Below, piece by piece: positions 25,701 through 37,400 of a stretch of DNA of 64,000 nt; position 1 is the stretch's first letter, and every line of letters starts with the position of its first letter. Source of the stretch: a virus (Duplodnaviria; Caudoviricetes); the IMG/VR virus record IMGVR_UViG_3300008262_000013. One strand, 5' to 3'. The position numbers were made by a program, and so were the translations under genes. The notes below the pieces were generated by a model. It had not been told where the DNA came from. It saw nothing but the letters and a program-made list of their open reading frames with translations, and did no database searches.

Positions 25701-28056
25701 CGATAAAGCTGTAACGTCTGGTAGTTATGCTAACTCTGCTTTTGTTGCTGCAAATTCTTCTGGTGCTTATGCTAATGCTGCGTTTAATTCTTCGAACATA
25801 GCTTTTTCAGTTGGTGCTACATCTGGCGCTTATGCTAATGCAGCATTTGCTTTAGCCAATACGTTATCTATAAGTGCAGTTGATACTTATGCAAGACCAC
25901 ATGTTAACGCAGCATTTACTCATGCTAATGCATCATTTAATTTAGCTAACACCGCAAATGATACTTCTTTAAGTGGTAGTAATTATGCTAACTCGGCATT
26001 TAGTGCTGCAAATACCTCGGATTCTAAAGCTGTAACATCAGGATCATATGCTAATGGAGCTTATACTCAAGCAAATACCGCAACTACTAATGCGGCCACT
26101 GCTGATGGTAAAGCTGTAACAGCAGGTGACTATGCTAATGGTGCGTACAGTGCTGCAAATACTTCCGATTCTAAAGCTGTAACAGCTGGCAGTTATGCTA
26201 ACGGTGCTTATGATAAGGCTAATACAGCAGACACTAAAGCTGTAACATCAGGTGTTTATGCAAATTCAGCATTTACTGTTGCTAATACTGCTGATGTTAA
26301 GGCTGTAACATCTGGTTCTTATGCTAACTCAGCGTATGAACAAGCTAATACTTCAAATACCAATGCTGCAACTGCTGATTCAAAAGCAGTAACAGCCGGT
26401 AACTATGCTAATGCTGCCTTTGGATCTGCAAATACATCTGATAGCAAAGCTGTAACGGCAGGTAACTATGCCAATTCAGCATACGGACAAGCAAACACTG
26501 CTACAACTAATGCTGCTACAGCTGATGGTAAAGCAGTAACATCCGGATCTTATGCTAACTCTGCTTTTGATACAGCTAATACTGCTGACGGTAAAGCTGT
26601 AACATCTGGTAATTACGCTAACTCTGCTTATGGTCAGGCCAACACCGCAACTACAAATGCTTCTACTGCTGACAGTAAAGCAGTAACAGCTGGCGATTAT
26701 GCTAATTCTGCTTACAGTCAAGCTAATACATCGGATAGTAAAGCGGTAAGTGCAGGATCTTATGCTAATGGAGCTTATACTCAAGCTAATACCGCAACTA
26801 CTAATGCAGCTACAGCTGATGATAAAGCGATAAGTGCTGGATTATACGCCAATTCTGCGTTCACTGCTGCTAATACTGCTGACAGTAAAGCATCAAGTGC
26901 AGGATCTTATGCTAATGGAGCCTATACTCAAGCAAATACCGCAACTACAAATGCGGCTACTGCTGACAGTAAAGCGACAAGTGCTGGACTATACGCCAAT
27001 TCAGCATTTGGTGCGGCTAATACCAAGTTCTCATCTTCAGGTGGTACCGTAAGTGGTGATGTAATCATTACTGGTAATGTAACAATTCAAGGAAATACCG
27101 CCGAATTTAGTGTACCACATTTCATTGTTCAAGATGGCATAATTGAAGTTAATGTTGAACAGATAGGAAATAATCCCGTAGAAAACGCTGGTTTAAGAGC
27201 CATGCGTGGAGATTTAAATCCAACATTAATTTTATGGAATGAAACGAATGATAGTTGGTCGTTTACAAATGATGGATTAAATTATAGTAATATTGCTTCA
27301 CAATCAGCAGAAAGTTATGCTAATGCAGCATTCAGTTCTGCCAATACGGCCAACAGTAATGCTATAAGTGCAGGCAGTTACGCTAATTCAGCTTATGCTT
27401 TAGCTAATACTATATCTTCTGGCGCAATTGATAACTACGCTAGACCACATGTTAATGCAGCATTTACACATGCTAATTCATCTTTTGATGCTGCAAATAC
27501 TGCCGACTCTAAAGCTGTAACAGCTGGTAGCTATGCCAATAGTGCATTTGGTGTTGCTAATACTAAGTTAAGCACATCAGGAGGCACAATCTCTGGTGAT
27601 TTAAGTGTTACTGGTAATTTGACGGTATTAGGTAATGCTACTTCTATAGCTGTTTCAAGTATAAAAATAGATGATTCTTTAATTCAATTAGCTGCTAATA
27701 ATGAATCGTCCGATACGATTGATATAGGTTTCTTTGGTCATTATAGCCCAGATGCTGGCGTGTCTAAAAAACATACTGGTTTATTCCGTGACGCTAATGA
27801 TGGTCGTTATTATCTATTTTACAATTATGAAGATCCTAGTTTCGAAACTCTATCGCCGAATAATGTAATTGATGTTGCTAATTCTACTTTTAGAGTTGCT
27901 AATTTAACTGCAAACGTCATTACAGATGTAATATCAATTCGTGGATATGATCCAATTAATTATACAAATACTGTTTATACTCATGCAAATGCATCTTACT
28001 CTGCAGCAAATACTGCTATATCCGACGCTTTAGCCTTTGCCATTGCACTAGGATAA
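22786..28056 (+). CDS. Long tail-fibre-like protein (1756 aa) with ANxAF repeats and five globular modules
   Basis: GTG start; N-terminal P....L..GELA...(G.LFIG) fibre motif; Ala/Asn/Ser/Thr repeats; five SGGT..G...TGNL...DN.I.LN...WNE modules; ends AFAIALG. Confidence 0.8.
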   Translation: MSTAIVTKYSTANTVPTANSLLGGELAYSFPSGNLFIGTEAGSYEIIGGSYYTNIIDQRSSNTSSGTLVLRNVDGDIRTSVFISTQDDTPGFIGNLDGIADRANALHNSVQIVLSGDVQSNVFTTFGNTVNFQVELSTIVPGVSGTYGNSTNIPVITVDTKGRVTAVSNLAISVASQEQATAAFDKANAANVLAQAAFNAANSLSPNFNQSAFDRANAAFNLANSSSLAANTPSSIANIALDLAGLSYIHANAAFAVANTGANAGQTANEAYSLVSYVSTSVNASFDTANSAYDASVNTANIVVALGELIQSFQGVAVNAENISVSTNTSTTLAYRHANASFNAANTKLSLTGGTINGNVSIVGNLSISGDVNYIGTNQLLIGDNIITLNADLPNNLAPTQNAGIEVARGSSSNVHITWNEVADRWTFTNDGTNYSNFATDSAESYANAAFAQANSSFALGTQAGISVSAAFDRTNSAFTRTNSSFSQANASYNTANAAFIQANTPSHVANSASLYANAAFAAANSLSPEFNQSSFDKANAAFNSSNSVANVVGSYSNSAYTHANAAFAAANSITFSVTDLYARAHSNAAYTNANNTLAVADSSYTQANLATVIAVAAYAKANSIIDLATGQAAFDASNSAGNYANSSFIHSNAAFAYANTLAADSVDFFARPHVNAAFTHANASFIHVNSAFSAVNTKFSSSGGTITGNVIINGNVTIDAIQASLSVSTLSVQDNIIDISSETVGTPTNPAGIRVIRGDEVPVQFRWNESLLKWTFTNDGFTYSNVGSSTAEEYANSAFLKSNSSYESQNTTGIYANLAFTHANSAYESQNVTGIYANSAYSLANTKFSSSGGTVSGDIVVTGNLTIVGETVYANTQTVLIKDNIITLNAATNLLSPAIFNAGIEVNRGSLSNVALIWNETVDNWQYTVDGTTYTNLSSASAESYANAAFAAQNTTAIYANSSFSAANTADDKAVTSGSYANSAFVAANSSGAYANAAFNSSNIAFSVGATSGAYANAAFALANTLSISAVDTYARPHVNAAFTHANASFNLANTANDTSLSGSNYANSAFSAANTSDSKAVTSGSYANGAYTQANTATTNAATADGKAVTAGDYANGAYSAANTSDSKAVTAGSYANGAYDKANTADTKAVTSGVYANSAFTVANTADVKAVTSGSYANSAYEQANTSNTNAATADSKAVTAGNYANAAFGSANTSDSKAVTAGNYANSAYGQANTATTNAATADGKAVTSGSYANSAFDTANTADGKAVTSGNYANSAYGQANTATTNASTADSKAVTAGDYANSAYSQANTSDSKAVSAGSYANGAYTQANTATTNAATADDKAISAGLYANSAFTAANTADSKASSAGSYANGAYTQANTATTNAATADSKATSAGLYANSAFGAANTKFSSSGGTVSGDVIITGNVTIQGNTAEFSVPHFIVQDGIIEVNVEQIGNNPVENAGLRAMRGDLNPTLILWNETNDSWSFTNDGLNYSNIASQSAESYANAAFSSANTANSNAISAGSYANSAYALANTISSGAIDNYARPHVNAAFTHANSSFDAANTADSKAVTAGSYANSAFGVANTKLSTSGGTISGDLSVTGNLTVLGNATSIAVSSIKIDDSLIQLAANNESSDTIDIGFFGHYSPDAGVSKKHTGLFRDANDGRYYLFYNYEDPSFETLSPNNVIDVANSTFRVANLTANVITDVISIRGYDPINYTNTVYTHANASYSAANTAISDALAFAIALG

Positions 28057-28059
28057 ATA
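28053..28059 (+). promoter_or_regulatory. T4-type late promoter (ATAAATA)
   Basis: Overlaps the fibre stop codon, 20 nt upstream of the next ATG with GAGG RBS. Confidence 0.55.
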
Positions 28060-28079
28060 TTGTTTATTGAGGAAAATAA

Positions 28080-28403
28080 ATGGCAAATACGTTTAAAAAT
28101 AGTTTTTCACAAAGTGTAGGTCAAACTTCAGACACAATTTATACTGCTACTGGTGTTCAAGCCACCGTTATAGGTATGAGTGTTGCGAATGTTACTCAGG
28201 CAGATGTAAAAGCAAATGTTTTTGTTACTTCTTCCGGAACAGATTATTTCTTAGTTAAAAGTGCATTGATAGAACCTGGTAGTGCATTAGTTCCTATTGG
28301 AGGAGATCAAAAATTGGTTTTAGAGTCTGGTGACTTAATTAAAGTTCAATCAGATACATCTTCTTCTTTAGATGTAATCTTAAGCGTATTAGAAATAAGC
28401 TAA
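28080..28403 (+). CDS. Small beta-rich virion protein (MANTFKN family), fibre partner
   Basis: 107 aa; IEPGSALVPIGGDQKLVLESGDLIKV...LDVILSVLEIS pattern common in phage tail regions. Confidence 0.7.
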   Translation: MANTFKNSFSQSVGQTSDTIYTATGVQATVIGMSVANVTQADVKANVFVTSSGTDYFLVKSALIEPGSALVPIGGDQKLVLESGDLIKVQSDTSSSLDVILSVLEIS

Positions 28404-28404
28404 C

Positions 28405-31400
28405 ATGACATATTCTTATATTGGCAATCAGTCTACTTCCAATCAACTTAATAAAGTTAAAACTGAAGCTAACTCAGCATTTAGTGCTGCAAATTCTTCA
28501 GGTTCTTATGCTAACTCAGCATTTAGTGCTGCCAATACAGCCGACAGTAAGGCTGTAACATCTGGATTATATGCTAATTCAGCCTACGCTTTAGCTAATA
28601 CTGTATCCTCTGGTGCAATCGATAATTATGCTAGACCACATGCTAACGCTGCATTTGAGGTAGCTAACAGTAGTTCTTCTTATTCTAATTCTGCATTTTT
28701 AGCAGCCAATACATCAGACAGTAAAGCTGTTACGGCTGGTTCTTATGCTAACTCTGCTTATGGTCAAGCAAACACTGCCACAACTAATGCTGCTACGGCC
28801 GATACTAAAGCTGTAGATGCTGGTAATTACGCTAATTCAGCGTTTGGTATTGCCAACACAGCAAATGTCAATTCTATTTCTGCTGGCAGTTATGCTAACT
28901 CTGCTTATACTCAAGCAAATACCGCAACTACAAATGCTGCTACAGCTGATGGTAAAGCAGTAACAGCTGGCAGTTATGCTAACTCATCCTTCAGTGCAGC
29001 TAATACTGCTGACGGTAAAGCTGTAACATCTGGATCATACGCTAACTCAGCATTTGCAACAGCTAATACTGTTGATGATAAAGTATCAACATCTGGATCA
29101 TACGCTAACTCAGCATTTGGTGCTGCCAATACAGCGGATACTAAAGCAGTAAACGCTGGATCATATGCTAATGCTGCCTTTGGTCAGGCTAATACAGCCA
29201 CAACTAATGCGGCTACGGCCGATAGTAAGGCTGTTAGTGCTGGTAATTATGCTAACGCAGCATTTGATGTTGCTAACACTGCTGATGGTAAAGCTGTAAC
29301 AGCTGGATCGTATGCTAATTCGGCATATGTTCAGGCTAATACAGCTACTACTAATGCGGCCACTGCTGACAGTAAAGCAGTAAGTGCTGGAGAATATGCT
29401 AACTCATCTTTTGGTGCAGCTAATACTGCTGATAGTAAAGCTGTAACAGCTGGTAATTACGCTAACTCAGCATTTGGTTCTGCAAACACCGCAGACGCTA
29501 AGGCTGTAACATCTGGATTATATGCTAATGCAGCCTATGCTTTAGCTAATACTATATCTTCTGGTGCAATTGATAACTATGCTAGACCTCATGCTAATGC
29601 TGCATTTGAGGTAGCTAATTCAGCTTCCAGTTATGCTAACAATGCATTTGCTTCTGCTAACACGGCCGATAGTAAAGCAGTAACATCTGGTAGCTATGCT
29701 AACTCAGCATTTAGTGCTGCCAATAACAAATATTCTTCCTCTGGTGGTACTATTACAGGAGATGTTGTTGTTACTGGTAATTTGACAGTAAGTGGAACTC
29801 AGACTATTATTAATACTGAGACATTAAATCTTGCTGACAATCTAATTGACCTCAATAGTAACTTTACATCGGGAGCACCTACTGAAAATGCCGGTATAAG
29901 AATTATACGCGGTGATGAGTTGCCCGTACAATTGAGATGGAATGAAACTGTAGATCAATGGCAATTTACTGTTGATGGATCTAATTATAATAACATAGCT
30001 TCACAATCAGTAGAAAGTTATGCTAACTCAGCCTTTGGTACTGCTAATACAGTAGACAGTAAAGCAGTAACAGCTGGCAGTTATGCTAATTCCGCTTTTG
30101 GTACTGCTAATACAGCTACTGCAAATGCTGCTACAGCTGATGGTAAAGCAGTAACAGCTGGCAGTTATGCTAATAGTGCTTTTGCTGCTGCGAATACTGT
30201 TTTAAGTGGTTCAGTTGACAACTATGCTAGACCTCATGCTAATGCAGCATTTGAGGTAGCTAATAGTTCCTCTGTTTATGCTAATTCGGCTTACGGTCAG
30301 GCTAATACCGCAACTACCAATGCGGCTACTGCTGACAGTAAAGCGATAAGTGCTGGCAGTTATGCTAATTCAGCATTTAGTTCTTCTAACACCGCCACAA
30401 CAAATGCTGCTACTGCTGACAGTAAAGCAGTAAGTGCTGGAGAATATGCTAACTCTGCTTACGGTCAAGCTAACACCGCAATCACTAATGCTGCTACTGC
30501 CGATTCTAAAGCTGTATCAGCAAGTGACTATGCTAATGGTGCATTTAATACTGCGAATAGTGGTTCGAGTTATGCTAATTCAGCATTTTTAACATCCAAT
30601 ACTGCTGATAGTAAAGCTGTAACATCTGGTAATTATGCTAATGCAGCCTTTGCTTTAGCTAACACAGTATCAAGTGGATCGGTTGATAACTACGCTAGAC
30701 CACATGCTAACGCAGCATTTGAGGTAGCTAATTCAGCTTCCAGTTATGCTAACGGTGCATTTGCTTCTGCTAACACGGCCGATAGTAAAGCAGTAAGTGC
30801 TGGTAATTACGCTAACTCGGCTTATACTCAAGCAAATACTGCTACGACTAATGCTGCAACTGCTGATGGTAAAGCAACAAGTGCTGGTTCATATGCTAAT
30901 TCAGCTTATACTCAAGCAAACACTGCTACGACTAATGCTGCAACTGCTGATGATAAAGCAACAAGTGCTGGTTCATATGCTAACTCCGCATTTAGTTCTT
31001 CTAATACTAAATTCTCATCTTCTGGTGGTACTATTACAGGAGATATTGTCGTTACTGGTAATTTAACGGTAAGTGGAACTAGAACGATAGTAGATACAGA
31101 AATTGTAACTATAGCTGATAATTTAATTGATCTTAACAGTAATTTTGTTACCGGTACTCCTACTGAAAATGGTGGCATAAGGGTTATCCGAGGTGATGAA
31201 GTACCTGTACAATTAAGATGGAATGAAAGTGCAAAATATTGGCAGTTCAGTAATGATGGTGTATCATATTCAAATGTAGCTTCTCAAATATCTGAACAAT
31301 ATGCCAACTCGGCATTTGCAACTGCTAACTCCGCTGATAGTAAAATAACTACAGTAGGTAACTATGCTAACTCGGCATTTGGTGCTGCTAATACATCAGA

Positions 31401-34400
31401 CAGTAAAGCTGTAACAGCTGGATCGTATGCTAACTCTGCTTATGGTCAAGCAAATACAGCAACTACGAATGCTGCTACGGCCGATACTAAAGCTGTAACA
31501 GCTGGCAGTTATGCTAATGCAGCCTTTGCTTTAGCTAATACAGTATCAAGTGGTTCGGTTGATAATTATGCTAGACCACATGCTAATGCTGCATTCAATA
31601 CTGCTAATAGTGGATCAAGTTATGCTAACTCTGCATTTGGTGCAGCTAATACTGCTGACTCTAAAGCAGTAACATCTGGTAATTACGCTAACTCAGCTTA
31701 TGGTCAGGCTAATACAGCAACTACGAATGCTGCTACTGCTGACGGTAAAGCAGTAACAGCTGGATTGTATGCTAATGGTGCGTACAGTGCAGCTAATACT
31801 GCTGACGATAAAGCAATAACATCAGGATCATATGCCAATTCAGCATATGGACAAGCAAATACAGCAACTACCAATGCGGCCACTGCTGACAGTAAAGCAG
31901 TAACGGCAGGAGACTATGCTAACTCATCCTTCAGTGCAGCTAATACTGCTGACGGTAAAGCTGTAACAGCTGGTAATTACGCTAACTCAGCCTATGGTCA
32001 AGCAAACACCGCAAACACCAATGCTGCAACTGCTGATGGTAAAGCAGTAACAGCTGGCAGTTATGCTAATAGTGCTTTTGCAGCTGCCAATAATGCGGTA
32101 GATACTTGGGTTAGAGATGCTGCCAATAGTGCATCTAGTTATGCTAATTCAGCATTTGGCGCAGCGAATACATCTGACAGTAAAGCTGTAACAGCTGGCA
32201 GTTATGCTAACTCATCATTTACAAAAGCAAATTCTGCTTATGACTTAGCTTCAGCTGTAGCGGCAAATGGTAATTTTATATTGAGTGTTAAAAATGACAC
32301 TTTTGTTGGAACGGGTTCTTGTACAACTTTTCAATTATCAACAACTCCTGCAAATGAAGATTATACTTTAATTACTATAGAAGGTGTCACTCAATTAAAA
32401 TCTTCTTATAGTTTATCTGCTGCAAATGTTATATTTTCTGAAGCGCCAAAGTTAAGTGATAATATTGATGTATTAGTATTTTCTTCTGATGTTAATCCTT
32501 CATTTGGTGCAGCCAACTCAGCAGGACTTTATGCTAATGCTGCCTTTGCTTTAGCTAATGCAGTTTCGAGTGGTTCTGTTGATGCTTATGCCAGACCTCA
32601 TGCTAATGCTGCCTTTGATGTAGCTAACAGTGCTTCTGGTTATGCCAATTCAGCATTTGGTGCAGCTAATACTGCAACTACTAATGCGGCCACTGCTGAC
32701 AGCAAAGCTGTAACAGCGGGTAGTTATGCCAACTCAGCATTTAATACTGCGAATAATAACGTATCAAATACTGGCGGCACAATCTCTGGCGATTTAAGTA
32801 TTACTGGCAATTTAACAGTATTTGGCAATGCAACCTCAATTGCAGTCTCTAGTATAAAAATAGATGATTCTTTAATTCAGTTAGCTGCTAATAATGAATC
32901 TGATGCAATTGATATCGGGTTTTTTGGACATTATAGTACTGATGCTGGAGTAACTCAGAAACATACTGGTTTATTCCGTGATGCTACCGATGGTCGTTAT
33001 TATTTGTTTTACAATTACGAAGATGCCAGTTTCGATACACTAACACCGAATAATGTAATTGATGTTGCTAATTCTACTTTTAGAGTTGCCAATTTAACTG
33101 CGAATATTGTTACGGATGTAATATCAATTCGTGGATATGATCCAATTAATTATACTAATTCTGCTTTTAATGCAGCAAATACAGCAGATAGTAAAGCAGT
33201 ATCAGCTGGTAGTTATTCTAACGCAGCATTTGAGGCAGCTAATAGTTCTTCTGGTTATGCTAATTCAGCTTATGGCCAAGCAAACACTGCCACAACTAAT
33301 GCTGCGACTGCTGATGGTAAAGCTGTAACAGCTGGCATTTATGCTAATGCTGCGTTTGCTTTAGCTAATACAATCTCAAGTGGTTCAGTTGACAACTATG
33401 CTAGACCACATGCTAATGCTGCATTTGAGGTAGCTAATTCAGCTTCCAGTTATGCTAACGGTGCATTTGGTGTGGCTAATACAGCAGATAGTAAAGCCGT
33501 AAGTGCGGGACTTTATGCTAATGCAGCATTTGGTACTGCTAATTCAGCTTCAAGTTATGCTAACTCAGCATTTGGTACTGCTAATACGGCAGATGCTAAC
33601 GCTGGAACTGCTGATAGTAAAGCTGTAACAGCTGGTAACTATGCTAACTCTGCATTTAGTGTTGCTAATACGTCAGACAGTAAAGCTGTAACAGCTGGCA
33701 GTTATGCTAATGCAGCCTTTGCTTTAGCTAATACAGTTTCAAGTGGTTCAGTTGACAACTATGCTAGACCACATGCTAATGCAGCATTTGAGGTAGCTAA
33801 CAGTGCTTCTGGTTATGCTAACTCAGCTTATGGTCAAGCTAATACATCAGACAGTAAAGCAACGAGTGCTGGCAGTTATGCTAACTCAGCTTATGGTCAG
33901 GCTAATACAGCTACTACCAATGCTGCGACTGCTGATCAGAAAGCAGTTACTTCGGGTTCTTATGCTAATTCTGCATTTGATACTGCTAATACAGCCACAA
34001 CTAATGCTTCTAATGCCAACAGTAATGCTTTAATTGCTGGATCGTATGCTAACTCAGCATTTGCTGCTGCTAACAATGCTACAGACACATGGGTAAGAAA
34101 TGCTGCTAATGCAGCTTCCAGTTATGCCAATTCAGCATTTGGTACTGCAAATACATCGGATTCTAAGTCTCAATCCGCAAGTTTGTATGCTAATGCTGCT
34201 TTTGCTTTAGCTAATACACTATCTTCAGGTAATGTAGATCAGTATGCTAGAGACCTATCTAATGCAGCATCATTACATTCAAATACCGCATTTAATTTTG
34301 CAAATACTTTAATAGGAACTGGAACATCAATAGTTGGTTATGTAGATGAGTTTTTGGGCGATGGAGCTTGTACAGAATTTACACTAATAAACACTCCTAA

Positions 34401-37400
34401 TAGTGAGAATTTAACTTTAATAAGCATTTCCGGATTAGTTCAGTCTAAAAACAATTATTCGTTAACGGGTAATGTAATAACATTTAGTACAGCACCTCCA
34501 TTAAATTCCAAAATTGAAATTAATACTTTCTCTGGCGGCGGCGCAGGATTAAGTTTTGATGCTGCTAATTCAGCTGGTTTATATGCTAATGCAGCTTTTG
34601 CTTTAGCTAACACAGTTTCAAGTGGCTCAGTTGATAATTATGCTAGACCTAATTCTAATGCTGCATTTGAAGCAGCTAATAGTGGATCAAGTTATGCTAA
34701 CTCAGCTTATGGTCAAGCTAATACAGCTACTACAAATGCTGCAACTGCTGATGGTAAAGCTGTAACAGCTGGCAGTTATGCTAATAGTGCTTATGGTCAA
34801 GCTAATACAGCTACTACAAATGCTGCTACTGCTGACAGTAAAGCAGTAACAGCTGGCGATTATGCTAATTCGGCATTTGGTGTAGCAAATACAAAATATT
34901 CTTCTTCTGGTGGCACTGTTTCTGGCGATGTAATCATTACTGGTAACTTAACCGTAAGTGGAACTAGAACGATAGTAGATACAGAAATTGTAACTATAGC
35001 TGATAATTTAATTGATCTTAACAGTAATTTTACAACAGGAACACCCACTGAAAATGGTGGCATAAGAGTAATTCGTGGAGATGAAGTACCTGTACAATTA
35101 AGATGGAATGAAAGTGCAAAATATTGGCAGTTCAGTAATGATGGTGCCTCTTTTATTAATATTTCTTCACAGTCAGCAGAAAGTTATTCTAATGCTGCAT
35201 TTAGTGTTGCCAACTCATCATCCAGTTATGCTAACTCAGCATTTGCTGCTGCTAACAATGCTACAGACACATGGGTAAGAAATGCTGCTAATGCAGCTTC
35301 CAGTTATGCCAATTCAGCATTTGGTACTGCAAATAGCGCAACTACTAATGCTGCAACTGCTGATGGTAAAGCTGTAACAGCTGGCAGTTATGCTAACTCA
35401 GCATTTGGTGCTGCCAATACGTCAGATTCAAAAGCTTTAAGTGCAGGACTTTATGCTAATGCTGCCTTTGATTTAGCTAACACAATTTCTAGTGGTTCAG
35501 TTGATAACTACGCTAGACCTCATGCTAATGCTGCATATAATACTGCTAACAGTGCTTCCAGTTATGCTAATTCTGCATTTGATACTGCTAATACAGTAGA
35601 TAGTAAAGTAGTAACATCTGGCAGTTATGCTAATGGAGCTTATACTCAAGCAAATACCGCAACTACAAATGCTGCAACTGCTGATGGTAAAGCTGTAACA
35701 GCAGGATCTTATGCTAACTCAGCTTATACTCAAGCTAATACCGCAACTACTAATGCTGCAACTGCTGATGGTAAAGCAGTAACAGCTGGCAGTTATGCTA
35801 ATGCTGCATTTGCTTTAGCTAATACAATCTCAAGTGGATCAATTGATAGCTATGCCAGACCTCATGCTAATGCTGCTTTTGAGGTAGCTAATAGTGCTTC
35901 TGGTTATGCTAATGCTGCATTTGCTTTAGCTAACACAATTTCAAGTGGCTCAGTTGACAATTATGCTAGACCTCATGCTAATGCAGCTTTTGAGGTAGCT
36001 AATAGTGCTTCCAGTTATGCTAATGCAGCATTTGATACTGCTAATACGGCAGATAGTAAATCAGTAACATCTGGTAACTATGCTAATGGAGCTTATACTC
36101 AAGCAAATACAGCCACAACTAATGCTGCAACTGCCGATTCTAAAGCAGTAACATCTGGATCGTATGCTAATAGTGCTTTTGGTACTGCTAATACAGCCAC
36201 AACTAATGCTGCAACTGCTGATGGTAAAGCAGTATCAGCTGGCAGTTATGCTAACTCAGCATTTGGTACTGCTAATACAGCCACAACTAATGCTGCAACT
36301 GCTGATGGTAAAGCAGTATCAGCTGGCAGTTATGCTAACTCAGCATTTGGTACTGCTAATACATCGGACAGTAAAGCAGTAACATCTGGATCGTATGCTA
36401 ATAGTGCTTTTGGTACTGCTAATACAGCCACAACTAATGCTGCAACTGCCGATTCTAAAGCTGTAACAGCTGGCAGTTATGCTAACTCAGCATTTGGTAC
36501 TGCTAACAATAAATTAAATTCTTCTGGTGGTACAATTTCTGGTGATTTAACTGTTAATGGAAATATTAGTGTAACAGGTTGTACAACGACATTAACAGTC
36601 AATACATTAAGAACTTCAGATCATATTATCGATTTAGGATTTGGCACTGTAGGAGTTCCTACACAAAATGCAGGTATAAGAATACTTCGTGGTGATGAAA
36701 ATCCTGTGCAATTGAGATGGGTTGAAGATGACAATTCATGGGAATTTACCAACGATGGTGCAAATTATTTAAAAATAGGTGCTCAATCTGGTGAAATTTA
36801 TGCTAATTTAGCATTTACTGCTGCTAATACACCAAGTCATGTAGCTAATTCTGCATCAAGTTATGCTAATGCATCTTTCATACATGCTAATGCAGCTTTT
36901 GCTGTTGCTAACTCCGGTGGAGGTGCTGGTACAGACTCTTACGCAAGAGACACCGCAAACTCAGCTAGTGTGTATGCTAATGCAGCCTTTGCTGCAGCAA
37001 ATACAGGAGGTGGTGGAGGCGGAGGTACAGGTCAATATGCATCTACGATGAAAGTGGACTCATTCACTGGAACTGGTGCCTGTACACAATTTACACTGAC
37101 ACAAGAACCAAGTGGTGAAGATTATACAATTGTTTCTTTGAACGGTATTTTACAACACAAGTCAGCATACTCTTTATCGGGTTCTATTGTAACATTCTCT
37201 GAAGCTCCAGAAAATAATATTGCTATTGATATTGTTTCGTTAGTAAATAAAGTTGCTGGCGGCTCTTCGGAAATTGTTGTTGATAACTTTACTGGCACGG
37301 GTGCATGTACACAATTTACATTAACTACCACACCGGCAAATGAGAATTTTGTTACCGCAGTGTTTGATGGTGTAACGCAATCCAGATTAACATACTCTGT

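Noticed and set aside
31069-35146. Near-identical duplicated segments as a possible DGR template/variable repeat pair
   Set aside because: Differences are mostly synonymous and not adenine-specific, the repeats are internal rather than C-terminal, and no reverse transcriptase is in the window.
24185-37051. Short alternate-frame + strand ORFs rich in Met/Leu/Gln within the fibre genes
   Set aside because: They are by-products of GCT/AAT/TAT repeats read out of frame; fully nested and low complexity.
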